Positions 55,818-64,000 of a stretch of DNA of 64,000 bases are shown here, piece by piece; position 1 is the first letter of the stretch; each line of letters begins with the position of its first letter. The stretch spans positions 2,175,616 through 2,239,615 of the forward strand of contig CBDCYF010000005.1 in assembly GCA_965224065.1 (NCBI GenBank), in the 5' to 3' direction. The position numbers and the translations under genes are program-made. The notes below the pieces were generated by a model. It saw only the letters and a program-made list of their open reading frames with translations. It searched no databases and was not told where the DNA came from. The stretch comes from Candidatus Multivoradales bacterium. GTDB lineage: Bacteria > Acidobacteriota > Thermoanaerobaculia > Multivoradales > JAHEKO01.

Positions 55818-56159
55818 TTATTTCGCGAACCAGATGACGATCAGCGCGAAAAACGTCGCGCCTTCGATAAACGCGGCCGTTACCACCATGGGGGTGAAGA
55901 TCTGGCCGGCGACTTCGGGCTGGCGTGCCATCGACTCGACGGCGCTGCCGCCGATGCGACCGATCCCCAGACCGGCGCCGATGATCACCAGGCCGGCACC
56001 GATGCCGTTGCCGATCTTGGTGGCGCCCAGTGTGCTGAAAAGGCTGCCGCCGTCCGCAGCGGCACCTTCAGCGGCCGCGGCCGGCCCGGAAGGCACCAAC
56101 ATCAGGACGAGGCCTGCGACGATCAAACCGAGGGTCAGCTTCGAGAACCTCTTGCTCAT
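55818..56159 (-). CDS. atpE: Fo ATP synthase subunit c with ~35-aa N-terminal extension
   Basis: C-terminal GAGLVIIGAGLGIGRIGG...MVVTAAFIEGATFFALIV c-ring hairpin with carboxylate Glu. N-terminal signal-like extension MSKRFSKLTLGLIVAGLVLMLVPSGPAAAAEG. Confidence 0.8.
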   Translation of the reverse strand: MSKRFSKLTLGLIVAGLVLMLVPSGPAAAAEGAAADGGSLFSTLGATKIGNGIGAGLVIIGAGLGIGRIGGSAVESMARQPEVAGQIFTPMVVTAAFIEGATFFALIVIWFAK

Positions 56160-56300
56160 CAGATGTTCCTCTTTTTCTTCGAACGATCGCCACCCCGCGG
56201 GAAGGGTGACTTTTTGAGAATCGCCATCGCGTCAGTCCGCCTCGCGGCCCCGAGACCCGCCGTCCGGAGCATGGCGACGATTTCATTTTTTGTCTTGCCC

Positions 56301-57155
56301 CTAGTGAGCCGGCGCCTCCTCGTGCTCGTCGTGGTGAAAGACCACCGACATTCCGATAAAGAGCGTCGTCAAAAAGGTAAAGATAAACGCCTGTAGGAAG
56401 GCGACAAACAGCTCGAGCAGGGTGAACGCGATGCTCCCCAGCACCACCGGCACCGCCACCGCCAGTCCCGCCGTCGCCGAGACGGCGCCGGCCCCGAGGA
56501 TAAAGCCCACCAGCACCGCCAGGATCAAGTGGCCGGCCACCATATTGGCAAAGAGCCGCACGGTGAGGGCGAAGATCTTGGCGAATAGGCCGGCGATCTC
56601 GATCGGCACCAAAAGGGGCGCCATCCACACCGGGCCGGGGCAGAAGTGCTTGATGTAATCCATGCCGCCGAGCCGCAGGCCGTTGACCACCATCATCAGA
56701 AGGGTCATGACGGCCAGGGTGCCGTTGACCCAGATGTTGGCGGTCGCGGTGCCGCCGATGTGAGTCCCCAGCACCGGGGTGATCGAGCCCAGCGGGATCA
56801 GCCCCAGGAGGTTCATCGCCAGCACAAAGAAGAACAGGCTCCAGATGTACTTGATGAACCGGTCGGTGTGGTGCTCGAGGACCGGGCGGGCGATGTCCTC
56901 GCGCAGGAACTGGCAGATCAGCTCGATCAGATTGCCCGGGCCCGCGGGGACCAACCCGTCGATCCCTTCCCGGCCCCGCCGTTTGCGCAGGGCCCACGGG
57001 ACCAGCACGCACAGCAGGAGCCCCGCCAGAATGATCATGACGATGTGATCGCTCATGATCGTCACCACGCCCTCAGGCGTCAGCAGCCCGGCGTCGAACT
57101 CTTTTTCGACGAGCGGGTGCTGGACGACGTGGCCTAACGGACTTCCGGTCGACAT
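56301..57155 (-). CDS. atpB: Fo ATP synthase subunit a
   Basis: 284 aa. Conserved RLFANMVAGH stator Arg motif. Confidence 0.9.
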   Translation of the reverse strand: MSTGSPLGHVVQHPLVEKEFDAGLLTPEGVVTIMSDHIVMIILAGLLLCVLVPWALRKRRGREGIDGLVPAGPGNLIELICQFLREDIARPVLEHHTDRFIKYIWSLFFFVLAMNLLGLIPLGSITPVLGTHIGGTATANIWVNGTLAVMTLLMMVVNGLRLGGMDYIKHFCPGPVWMAPLLVPIEIAGLFAKIFALTVRLFANMVAGHLILAVLVGFILGAGAVSATAGLAVAVPVVLGSIAFTLLELFVAFLQAFIFTFLTTLFIGMSVVFHHDEHEEAPAH

Positions 57156-57253
57156 CTAACCGTGCGGGCGAATCGGGCGAGTTCTGAGGTGTTTCGAAAA
57201 GCTGCCTGACGACAGCGGCGGCGATCCTACCGGAACTGGCTTCCCTGGGAAAG

Positions 57254-57283
57254 AGTATACGCGCTTGTGAAATTTTTCACAAG
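57254..57283 (-). promoter_or_regulatory. sigma70-like promoter TTGTGA-N17-TATACT within a 9-2-9 palindrome (CTTGTGAAATTTTTCACAAG), upstream of atpB
   Basis: AT-rich island in a GC-rich context. -35 at 57282-57277 overlaps the atpI stop. -10 at 57259-57254. About 95 nt upstream of the atpB ATG. Confidence 0.4.
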
Positions 57284-57663
57284 CTCCGGAGCACGCGGAC
57301 CGAGTAGGCCGTATCGACCGCGAGTAGCACCAGATAGGCGATCACCAGCGCGAACAGAAACGGCGTCCGGGAGACGTCGAGTGCCAGCAAGCACCAGACG
57401 CAGAGGCCGGCCACCAGCAACAATCGCGCCCCCATCGCCACGAGAAAGCGGTTGAGCGCCGACTGCGGGCTGCCACCCGGGACCGCCAGCAACACACCCG
57501 AGATCGCGGTCGCCAGCCCGCACGATAGGACGGCGGCGACGATGGCCTCAAAAGACCAGCCGCCCCGCTTGGCGAGCGCGTAGCCGACCGCCAGGAGCAG
57601 CAGCACAGCCCCAACCACCCAGGCTAGAAACCGCAAGTACGCGGCCGGCGACCAGCCCTTCAT
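57277..57663 (-). CDS. atpI: AtpI-like 4-TM membrane protein
   Basis: 128 aa from ATG 57663 (MKGWSPAAYLRFLAWVVGAVLLLLAVGYALA...), 4 TM helices. Only this part of ORF 57277..58311 is credible. Confidence 0.5.
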   Translation of the reverse strand: MKGWSPAAYLRFLAWVVGAVLLLLAVGYALAKRGGWSFEAIVAAVLSCGLATAISGVLLAVPGGSPQSALNRFLVAMGARLLLVAGLCVWCLLALDVSRTPFLFALVIAYLVLLAVDTAYSVRVLRSL

Positions 57664-57857
57664 CGGCGCCTCCCTTGCTGTGCCGCCCGCGACGCCTGCC
57701 GGATGAAGTTGTAGAGCCCTCCAACAATCCCGACCAGGGCGCCGATGACAACGCCCCACGGCTCGCTTTCGAGCTGGCGGTCGATCCAGTACCCCAGGAG
57801 CGTCGCGCCGAGCACCGCCGCGGCCAGCTCCAGGCCCAGCCCCGCGAGCCCCATGGG
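57660..57857 (-). CDS. atpZ: AtpZ/ATPase_gene1-family small membrane protein
   Basis: 65 aa from the internal ATG: MGLAGLGLELAAAVLGATLLGYWIDRQLESEPWGVVIGALVGIVGGLYNFIRQA. ATGA overlap with atpI. Confidence 0.5.
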   Translation of the reverse strand, partial: PMGLAGLGLELAAAVLGATLLGYWIDRQLESEPWGVVIGALVGIVGGLYNFIRQASRAAQQGRRR

Positions 57858-57901
57858 CGCGCGGCGTCTCCGGCGAGGGTCCTTGGTCTCCGGTGGCGGG
57901 C

Positions 57902-58342
57902 TCAATAGTCGATCCGGATCTGGGTGCCGGGCCGGGTGTCGGCCAGAGCCCACACGACCCGGCGCTCGCCGCGCGCCGACGAGAAACCGCCTCCCGCCGG
58001 CTCCACCGACCAGCCGAGGTCCCGCAGCCGGCGCGACAGGCTTTCGCGCACCGCGCCGAGCTGGGCCGGGGTCTGGAGAACGACGTACGCGTCGTCGGTC
58101 CCGGTGCCCAGATCCACAATGGAAAACTGCGCCGGCAACGGAAGGTCCGCGGGAAAGTCGCCGGGCAACACGGCGCCCGGACGGGCCACCTGGCGGCCCT
58201 TCTCGTCGTCCTCGGTCGACAGCTCGACGTCGATGCCGCCCCCGATCTCCTCGCTCTCGAGGGGGGTGTCCTCAAAGGCCGGGCGCTCGGGCGAACAGGC
58301 GACGAAGACAAAGACGATCAACAGGCCCGAGATTCGCAGCAC
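57902..58342 (-). CDS. small lipoprotein of unknown function
   Basis: GTG 58342-40 gives VLRISGLLIVFVFVACSPERPAFEDTPLESEE... The part of ORF 57902..58822 upstream of this is read-through of REP repeats. Confidence 0.4.
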   Translation of the reverse strand: MLRISGLLIVFVFVACSPERPAFEDTPLESEEIGGGIDVELSTEDDEKGRQVARPGAVLPGDFPADLPLPAQFSIVDLGTGTDDAYVVLQTPAQLGAVRESLSRRLRDLGWSVEPAGGGFSSARGERRVVWALADTRPGTQIRIDY

Positions 58343-58369
58343 GGAGAAAACGTAGCACAGGCAGGCGGA

Positions 58370-58790
58370 CGGGCGGGGGCAAGCCCCGCCCCTACATAAA
58401 CCAGTTGTCCGACCCGCAGTCTCTCTCGGTGTAGGGGCGGGGCTTGCCCCCGCCCGAGATCGGTTGAAGCGGCTGGCGACTCTGCCAGCCGGGGTTGAGA
58501 CACAACCATCGAACGGCCGCCAGAGGCGGCGGCCCAACGGCTCTCGGTGTAGGGGCGGGGCTTGCCCCCGCCCGAGATCGGTTGAAGCGGCTGGCGACTC
58601 TGCCAGCCGGGGTTGTGACACAACCATCGAACGGCCGCCAGAGGCGGCGGCCCAACGGCTCTCGGTGTAGGGGCGGGGCTTGCCCCCGCCCGAGATCGGT
58701 TGAAGCGGCTGGCGACTCTGCCAGCCGGGGTTGTGACACAACCATTGAACGGCCGCCAGAGGCGGCGGCCGCTTCAATCCTGAAGCTATC
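58370..58790. repeat. tandem array: 3 x 118-bp composite REP/BIME-like units (period 118; units at 58423, 58541, 58659) preceded by a partial unit
   Basis: Each unit has GTAGGGGCGGGGCTTGCCCCCGCCC + GAAGCGGCTGGCGACTCTGCCAGCCGG + GGTTGTGACACAACC + GGCCGCCAGAGGCGGCGGCC hairpins. Units 98-100% identical. Confidence 0.7.
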
Positions 58791-58838
58791 TCGAGCGCGG
58801 GGAGATCCGAGCACGGAGCCACCGCACCGCGCGCAGGA

Positions 58839-59540
58839 TCACCCGCGCTCTGTATCGGTCCGAAGCCACCCCAACAACCCGTCGAGCCTCGCGATGTCTC
58901 CGCCTTTCCTCACGCGGTCGAGATGTAACGCCCGCATTCCCACGGCCTCGGCCCCTTCGACGTCGTGGCGGCGGCGGTCGCCGACGTGGAGTGTCTGATC
59001 CGGTTCGACTCCGATGCCGTCCAGGGCGTGACGGAAGATCGCCGCGTGGGGCTTCTCGACGCCGACGGCTTGCGAATACGACACCACTCGGAATTTCCCG
59101 GCGAGCCCGAGCCGGTCGAGGACTCGCGGCAGACGCTCGTCCCAGTTGCTGACCACGCCAAGCTCGAAGCCCCGCAAAGCCAGCCGTTCGAGAACCGCCG
59201 GCACCTCCCCGAAGACTTCCCAGGCGTCCGCCCCCGCAAACCGCTCGTAGAGCTCGGCCGCCGCAAAGGGCGGCGCTGACCCGTCGCCCAGATGGGCGCA
59301 AAAACGGTCGAGAAATCTCTTCCACCAGCCGCGCGCGCCTTCGGGGTGGGCGGCAAAGCGGTCGCGTGCCGGTTCGGAGGCGCAATCGAATTCGAGCCAC
59401 ACCCGGCGCACCAGCTCCGCCGCCTCGCCGGCGCCGACCTCGACTCCGTGCCGGCCCAGGACCTCGGAGTAGATCGCGCCCAGGCGCGGAGCGTGGAAGA
59501 GTGTCCCGGTGGCGTCGAAAGTGATCGCCCGGATCGTCAT
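58839..59540 (-). CDS. HAD-family hydrolase
   Basis: ITFDATGTLF (DxD/T motif I), VVSNWDE, HVGDRRRHDVEGA motifs. Confidence 0.7.
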   Translation of the reverse strand: MTIRAITFDATGTLFHAPRLGAIYSEVLGRHGVEVGAGEAAELVRRVWLEFDCASEPARDRFAAHPEGARGWWKRFLDRFCAHLGDGSAPPFAAAELYERFAGADAWEVFGEVPAVLERLALRGFELGVVSNWDERLPRVLDRLGLAGKFRVVSYSQAVGVEKPHAAIFRHALDGIGVEPDQTLHVGDRRRHDVEGAEAVGMRALHLDRVRKGGDIARLDGLLGWLRTDTERG

Positions 59541-59561
59541 GAGCGGTGTGAGAAAGACCGG

Positions 59562-59732
59562 CTAACTGCGCCAGCGATCAAACGTCCGCCAGGCCGAGAA
59601 GACCAGCGCGCCGGCCGCGAGGCCGACGATCAGAGCGTGGCTCCAGAAAAATCCCCGCGCAAACCGCAGGATGAGCAGGACGACCGTAGCAGTGACCACC
59701 GCGGCGAGATAGCGAAACGCGAGACCCGACAC
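59562..59732 (-). CDS. possible 56-aa two-TM membrane protein (not in ORF track, below size cut-off)
   Basis: GTG 59732-30: VSGLAFRYLAAVVTATVVLLILRFARGFFWSHALIVGLAAGALVFSAWRTFDRWRS, stop at 59564-62. Immediately downstream of the ABC permease. Confidence 0.2.
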   Translation of the reverse strand: MSGLAFRYLAAVVTATVVLLILRFARGFFWSHALIVGLAAGALVFSAWRTFDRWRS

Positions 59733-59741
59733 GGTCGAATT

Positions 59742-60743
59742 CTAAACCCCGGCGCCGCCGCGGCCTCTCGACATCAGAAGCCACAGAAAGAACGGCCCGC
59801 CGAGAAGAGCGGTGAGGACACCCACCGGCAGCTCCATCGGGGCCAGAACTCGTCTCGCCGCCAGGTCGCACAGCGCGAGAAACGCGCCGCCCCCCAAAAG
59901 GCACGCGGGCAGAAGCACCAGATGATGGTGCCCGACCCACCGGCGGAGGATGTGCGGCACCACCAGGCCGACAAAGCCGATCGGCCCCGCGACCGCCACC
60001 AGGGCGCCGACCATGCCCGAGACCGCCGCCAGAACCACCAGACGCAGCCGGTCCAGATCGACCCCGCGGCTGGCCGCGACCTCTTCGCCGGTCAGAAGCT
60101 GGTCGAGGTCGCGCGCGCGAAACAAAAGCACCGCAAAGCCAACGGCCGCCCAGAGGCCGACCCACAAGACCTCGCGGTAGCCGACGACCGCCAGACCGCC
60201 CATCATCCAGCGCACCATGCGAAAGGTGCGGGTGAAATCGGCCAGATACTGGACGAACAAGATCAGGGCCGAGCACGACAGCGAGACCGCGATTCCGGCG
60301 AGCAGCAGGGTCGAGGTCTGAATGCCTCCCCGGCCGCGCGCCAGACCCAGGATCGTGAGCCCCACCAGTACCGCGCCCGCAAAACTCGCCGCCGAGACCA
60401 GCGGAAAACCGGCCGCCGAGCCCGTGAGGCTCAGGTGCTGCGCCAGCACCGCGCCCAGGGCCGCGCCGCTCGCCAGACCCAGGGTGTAGGGCTCGGCCAG
60501 CGGGTTGCGAAACAGGGTCTGAAACGCCACGCCACCCATCGCCAGGGCGCCCCCGGCGAGCAGTCCCAGGAGCACGCGCGGCAGCCGCAGACGCCAAACG
60601 ATGGTGTGGGTGGCCGTGTCGGGTGAGAACAGATCGGCGATCGAAGCGTCCTGGCTGCCGATAGTCGGACCCAAAAACAGAACCGCCAGCCAGGCGAGCG
60701 CGAGGATCGCAAGAGCCCACCCGGCTCGCATCGACCCGCTCAC
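59742..60743 (-). CDS. FecCD/BtuC-family ABC transporter permease (cobalamin or iron-siderophore)
   Basis: 333 aa. Typical FecCD pattern. Confidence 0.85.
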   Translation of the reverse strand: MSGSMRAGWALAILALAWLAVLFLGPTIGSQDASIADLFSPDTATHTIVWRLRLPRVLLGLLAGGALAMGGVAFQTLFRNPLAEPYTLGLASGAALGAVLAQHLSLTGSAAGFPLVSAASFAGAVLVGLTILGLARGRGGIQTSTLLLAGIAVSLSCSALILFVQYLADFTRTFRMVRWMMGGLAVVGYREVLWVGLWAAVGFAVLLFRARDLDQLLTGEEVAASRGVDLDRLRLVVLAAVSGMVGALVAVAGPIGFVGLVVPHILRRWVGHHHLVLLPACLLGGGAFLALCDLAARRVLAPMELPVGVLTALLGGPFFLWLLMSRGRGGAGV

Positions 60744-61654
60744 CGATCGGTCCTCACCGGGCCGCTGCCCACGCGGTCACTCACCGAAGAGGCCCTGTAG
60801 TCGAGATGTACACGCCGCCCGGAGCCGCCCCCAGAGCCGTCGGTGCCGCCGGTCGCGACCTCGAACGGTGCGTCAAAGAGCCGCGTCAACAGCTCGGGAC
60901 GGAGCACCTCGGCCGCCGGCCCCGACTCGAGGATCCGGCCGGCTTTCAGCGCCACCACATGGTCCGCCACGTGGGCCGCCAGATCCAAGTCGTGGGTCGC
61001 CAGCACCAGCGTCCGCGCCATCTCGCCGTCCGTCCGCCGATCGGGCCTGCCCAGGCGCTCGAGCAGCGACGCCACTTGCAGCCGGTGCGACGGATCGAGG
61101 TGAGTGGTCGGCTCGTCGAGCACCAGGAGCTCGGCCTCCTGGGCCAGGGCGGCCGCCACATACACCGCCTGGCGCTCTCCCCCGGAGAGCCGATCGACGA
61201 CGCGATCCTCGAGTCCGGACAGGCCGGACAGCTCGATCGCACTCTCTACCGCGCGATAGTCGGAGGTTCGCGGCGCGAGCTGCCAGCGCCCAAAGTGCGG
61301 GTGGCGTCCCAGCAGAATCATCTGCCGCACCGTCAGGGGGACCGACGCCGGTCTCACCTGGGGGACATAGGCGATTCGGCGCGCCAGCTCGCGGCGGCCC
61401 AACCGCCGGAAATCGGTTCCGCGCCATTCGATCCGGCCACCCGAGGGAACCAGTACCCCGCAAAGCAATTTGAGCAGGGTCGTCTTGCCCGCGCCGTTGG
61501 GACCGATCAGGACGAACGTCCGGCTGACCGGCCCGGTACCCGGGCGGCCGCCGCCGATCTCGAGATCGAGCGGCCCCAGCACCAGGCGCTCTTCATAGCG
61601 CGCCTCGACCGAGGTGGCGGTCAGCACGGCCCCGGTCATCGCGCTCCCTTGCAT
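60740..61654 (-). CDS. ABC transporter ATP-binding protein (BtuD/FecE-like)
   Basis: GPNGAGKTTLL, LSGGERQAVYVAAAL, LLVLDEPTTHLD. ATGA overlap with the permease. Confidence 0.85.
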   Translation of the reverse strand: MQGSAMTGAVLTATSVEARYEERLVLGPLDLEIGGGRPGTGPVSRTFVLIGPNGAGKTTLLKLLCGVLVPSGGRIEWRGTDFRRLGRRELARRIAYVPQVRPASVPLTVRQMILLGRHPHFGRWQLAPRTSDYRAVESAIELSGLSGLEDRVVDRLSGGERQAVYVAAALAQEAELLVLDEPTTHLDPSHRLQVASLLERLGRPDRRTDGEMARTLVLATHDLDLAAHVADHVVALKAGRILESGPAAEVLRPELLTRLFDAPFEVATGGTDGSGGGSGRRVHLDYRASSVSDRVGSGPVRTDR

Positions 61655-62604
61655 CTCGCGATCGCCGCCTCGAGCTCGGCCATCAAACGCATGAGGCGCG
61701 GGCCCGGGCTCAGCACGTGCTCGCCGGTGAGGACTTCAACACAAACTCGCGCGCTCCCCTGCCTCTGAAACTCCGGAAACTCGAGCTCGGCCCATTCGGC
61801 CATCAGATTCTCGCGGGCCACCATGTCCAACTCGTCCGGCTGCAGCTCAAGGACGACGTCCGGCGCGCGCCGCAGCACCTCTTCGAGACCGACCTCAGCG
61901 TAGGCGCGCTCGAGATCGCCAAAGACGTTGTGGGCTCCGGTCTGGTTCAGAAGCTCGGCCAAAAAGGTCCTCGAGCCGACGACCGTCATCGACGCCAGAT
62001 CCCCCGGCTCGCGGGCCACCACCAGGATGGTTCGCAACCCGGCCTCCGTGGAGTTGCCGTCGGGCTCGACGGACAGCGCGCCTCGCGACGGGTCTCCGAG
62101 CCCACGCCGCCAGCGGGCGATGAGCTCGCGACCCCGTTCGTCCACGCCCGCTCGCCGGGCGATCGACTCGAACGACGCCTCGATGTCGGCCAGCGTCTCG
62201 TGCTCGACGGTGAGGACTTCGATCCCCAGACGCCCGAGCTCCACCGCCAGCTTCTCTTCGCTCGGCAGCAGGATCGCAAGATCGGGCTCCAGCGCGACGA
62301 TGTCCTCGAGATGGGGGTCGAACAGACCGCCGATCCGCGGCTTGTTCGCGGCCTCCGGTGGCCACGAGACATAGTCCCCCACGGCCACGACCCGCTCTCC
62401 CAGACCCAGCTCGAAGAGAATCTCGACCAGACTCGGGGCGACGGCGAGGATCCGGTCGGGTGCCGTCACCGGCTCTGTGGCCGGTCCGGGGCCTCCCGTC
62501 CGGGTGGCCGCTCGGTCCCCGAGGCCCGCCGGCTGGCAGGCGGCACAAACCAGCGCCGCCGCCAGAGCGACGAACCGCGCTCGGGGCACGCGGGTCACTC
62601 CCAA
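61636..62604 (-). CDS. periplasmic substrate-binding protein, BtuF/FhuD-like (Peripla_BP_2)
   Basis: Lipoprotein-like signal ALAAALVCAAC. RILAVAPSLVEILFELGLGERVVAV motif. Confidence 0.7.
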   Translation of the reverse strand: MGVTRVPRARFVALAAALVCAACQPAGLGDRAATRTGGPGPATEPVTAPDRILAVAPSLVEILFELGLGERVVAVGDYVSWPPEAANKPRIGGLFDPHLEDIVALEPDLAILLPSEEKLAVELGRLGIEVLTVEHETLADIEASFESIARRAGVDERGRELIARWRRGLGDPSRGALSVEPDGNSTEAGLRTILVVAREPGDLASMTVVGSRTFLAELLNQTGAHNVFGDLERAYAEVGLEEVLRRAPDVVLELQPDELDMVARENLMAEWAELEFPEFQRQGSARVCVEVLTGEHVLSPGPRLMRLMAELEAAIARCKGAR

Positions 62605-64000
62605 CCGGTCAGCAAGCCGACGATGAGTGTTCGGCCCGGAGCCGGAAATCCCAAGGCTTCCTGGTACTCACGGTCGGCGAGGTTCTCGATCCGTGCGTAG
62701 GGAGCGAGCCGTCGAACCGGTTTCCACTTCGCCGCCAGATCGAACCGAACATAGCCGGGGTTCTCGGAGCGGGCAAAGGTCACCGGGTCGACGTCCGGCC
62801 GCGGCCCGACGTAGCGCCCGGTCAGGTGCAGCCCCACCCGCCGGACGGGAAACGAGACCAGCAGGTTGCTGCTCTCACGGGGACGGCGCAACAGCGGCTC
62901 GTCGCTGGTCGCGTCCACGGCATCGAGAAACGTCACGTTCCATCGCCAGGAAAGCGCCTTCGTCCGTCGACCGAGCCATCCTTCGACCCCTTGGGTCTCG
63001 GCCCGGCCCCGGTTGACGTTGGAGAAGGTCACAAAGTCGAAATCGATCAGGTTGATCAGCCGGGTGTCAAAACCGGTTACCCCAGCCTGCCATCTCGCGC
63101 CCTCGTACTCGACCCCCAGCTCGAGGCTTTCGCTCTCCTCGGGCTCGAGCTCCCGGTTGCCGCTCGAGGGGAAGAACAGCTCCCCCAGAGACGGCGCCCG
63201 GAACCCCTCGCCATAGGATGCCTTGATCCGGCCGTGCGAGCCCAGCTCGGCGGAGACGCCGAAACGCGGAGAGGTCCGAGACCCGTAGACGTCGTTGTCG
63301 TCATAGCGGACCCCGGCGTCGACGTGAAAACGGCCCAGCTTTCGGAATGCCTCGGCAAAAAACGCCCGGGTCTCCTGCTGCGCGCCCACCAGGTTGATCC
63401 CAAAAACCGACCGGTCGTCCACCTCCAGCCGCTCGACCTCGGTGCCAAAGGCCAGCCAGCTCGAACCGGAAAAATGACGCGACGCGGTGGCACGCACCCT
63501 CAAGGCCTCTGAGTCGGTGTCCGAGGCGGTGAAGCCAAAGGCGTCCTCGGGGTCCCGGAAGGCGGTCTCGTAGACCACCTGGGAGAGCTGGGCGTCCAAT
63601 CGCCAAGCTCCCGATTCGACGCGAAAGGGCACCGCCAGCTCGCGCTCCTGCCAGGAGATCCGACGGCTTGGTGAAGGGGCGCCGCCCGAAAACGGGATTC
63701 CGACGTCCGATTGGTTGAGCCGCGCGATCACACCGATCGTCGCGGTCTCGCCCAGGTTCCACTGCGCCCGCGCGGCGGCCTCCTCGCTCTCGTACCGGTC
63801 GTTGACGAAATCGCCGCTGCCGGTTCGAAAATGACCCAGCACTTCCAGCTCAAAACCTGGGGAGCTCATCCCCGTCGCCAGCGCGGCTCGGAAGTAGTCT
63901 CCGTCGCCACCTTCGAGTCGCAAGCTTCCGCCGTCGACCGCCTCGGTCAAGACCTGTATGACCCCACCGATCGCATCACTGCCGTGGACGGCGCTGAACG
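62595..64000 (-). CDS. TonB-dependent outer-membrane receptor (BtuB-like), C-terminal ~450 aa; N-terminus beyond window end
   Basis: Beta-barrel repeats. C-terminal region ...RIENLADREYQEALGFPAPGRTLIVGLLTGWE. Confidence 0.75.
   Translation of the reverse strand, partial: FSAVHGSDAIGGVIQVLTEAVDGGSLRLEGGDGDYFRAALATGMSSPGFELEVLGHFRTGSGDFVNDRYESEEAAARAQWNLGETATIGVIARLNQSDVGIPFSGGAPSPSRRISWQERELAVPFRVESGAWRLDAQLSQVVYETAFRDPEDAFGFTASDTDSEALRVRATASRHFSGSSWLAFGTEVERLEVDDRSVFGINLVGAQQETRAFFAEAFRKLGRFHVDAGVRYDDNDVYGSRTSPRFGVSAELGSHGRIKASYGEGFRAPSLGELFFPSSGNRELEPEESESLELGVEYEGARWQAGVTGFDTRLINLIDFDFVTFSNVNRGRAETQGVEGWLGRRTKALSWRWNVTFLDAVDATSDEPLLRRPRESSNLLVSFPVRRVGLHLTGRYVGPRPDVDPVTFARSENPGYVRFDLAAKWKPVRRLAPYARIENLADREYQEALGFPAPGRTLIVGLLTGWE

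Noticed and set aside
57277-58311. 344-aa minus-strand ORF
   Set aside because: Only the C-terminal 128 aa (AtpI-like, 57277..57663) look real. The upstream 216 aa overlap atpZ and the lipoprotein gene in another frame and are Arg/Pro/Ala-rich.
58370-58790. Possible CRISPR array
   Set aside because: Whole 118-bp units, including the would-be spacers, are identical. There is no repeat/unique-spacer alternation and no cas genes.
58392-58998. ORFs 58392..58814(-), 58464..58670(+), 58495..58998(+) and the N-terminal part of 57902..58822(-)
   Set aside because: They run through the 118-bp tandem REP array. Repetitive, GC-hairpin-derived translations (..GRGQAPPLHRE.., ..RGGACPRPRS..).

Overview
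Window of 64 kb of high-GC chromosomal DNA from a Gram-negative bacterium. The Gram-negative call rests on a TonB-dependent receptor, many lipoproteins, OlsB/OlsA-type aminolipid genes and a periplasmic AmiC-like amidase. Coding density is high and many genes overlap at ATGA, GTGA or CTAG junctions. The main recognisable blocks are listed below. (1) 6.2-12.0 kb, minus strand: an operon encoding three different Rieske [2Fe-2S] fusion proteins. These are Rieske plus a GltS-like FMN domain, Rieske plus a ThDP-dependent enzyme, and a membrane di-heme-b domain plus Rieske. The operon also carries small membrane proteins. This is the most unusual system in the window. (2) 12.1-18.2 kb, plus strand: DoxX, a PLP decarboxylase, an OlsB-like N-acyltransferase, an OlsA-like O-acyltransferase, and a three-domain alpha/beta-hydrolase/DedA/ATP-grasp fusion. 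Together they form a candidate modified-aminolipid pathway. (3) Two DUF3857/transglutaminase-like paralogs, an orphan modC, a K+ channel, an AbgT transporter, a TrxR-like flavoprotein and an SLC13 transporter. (4) 29.0-34.7 kb: an island-like segment flanked by REP clusters and ending at tRNA-Glu(CUC). It carries a GYD protein and five secreted DUF1566 (Lcl C-terminal-like) paralogs. Four of the five are tandem, with mosaic segments and a hypervariable C-terminus. (5) A cell-wall block with amiC-like, GerMN, murI, rph, mpl and ftcD. (6) A complete F1Fo ATP synthase operon in the order atpZ-I-B-E-F-H-A-G-D-C. The alpha subunit has a roughly 57-aa charged insertion. The c subunit has an N-terminal extension. 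A 183-bp MITE-like element sits between atpD and atpC. (7) A B12/iron-type uptake locus with a TonB-dependent receptor, a substrate-binding protein, an ATPase and a permease. Intergenic regions repeatedly carry a family of GC-rich REP/BIME-like hairpin modules, including a 3 x 118-bp tandem array. No CRISPR array, rRNA gene or obvious prophage is present. All family assignments come from motif reading and memory, without database searches.
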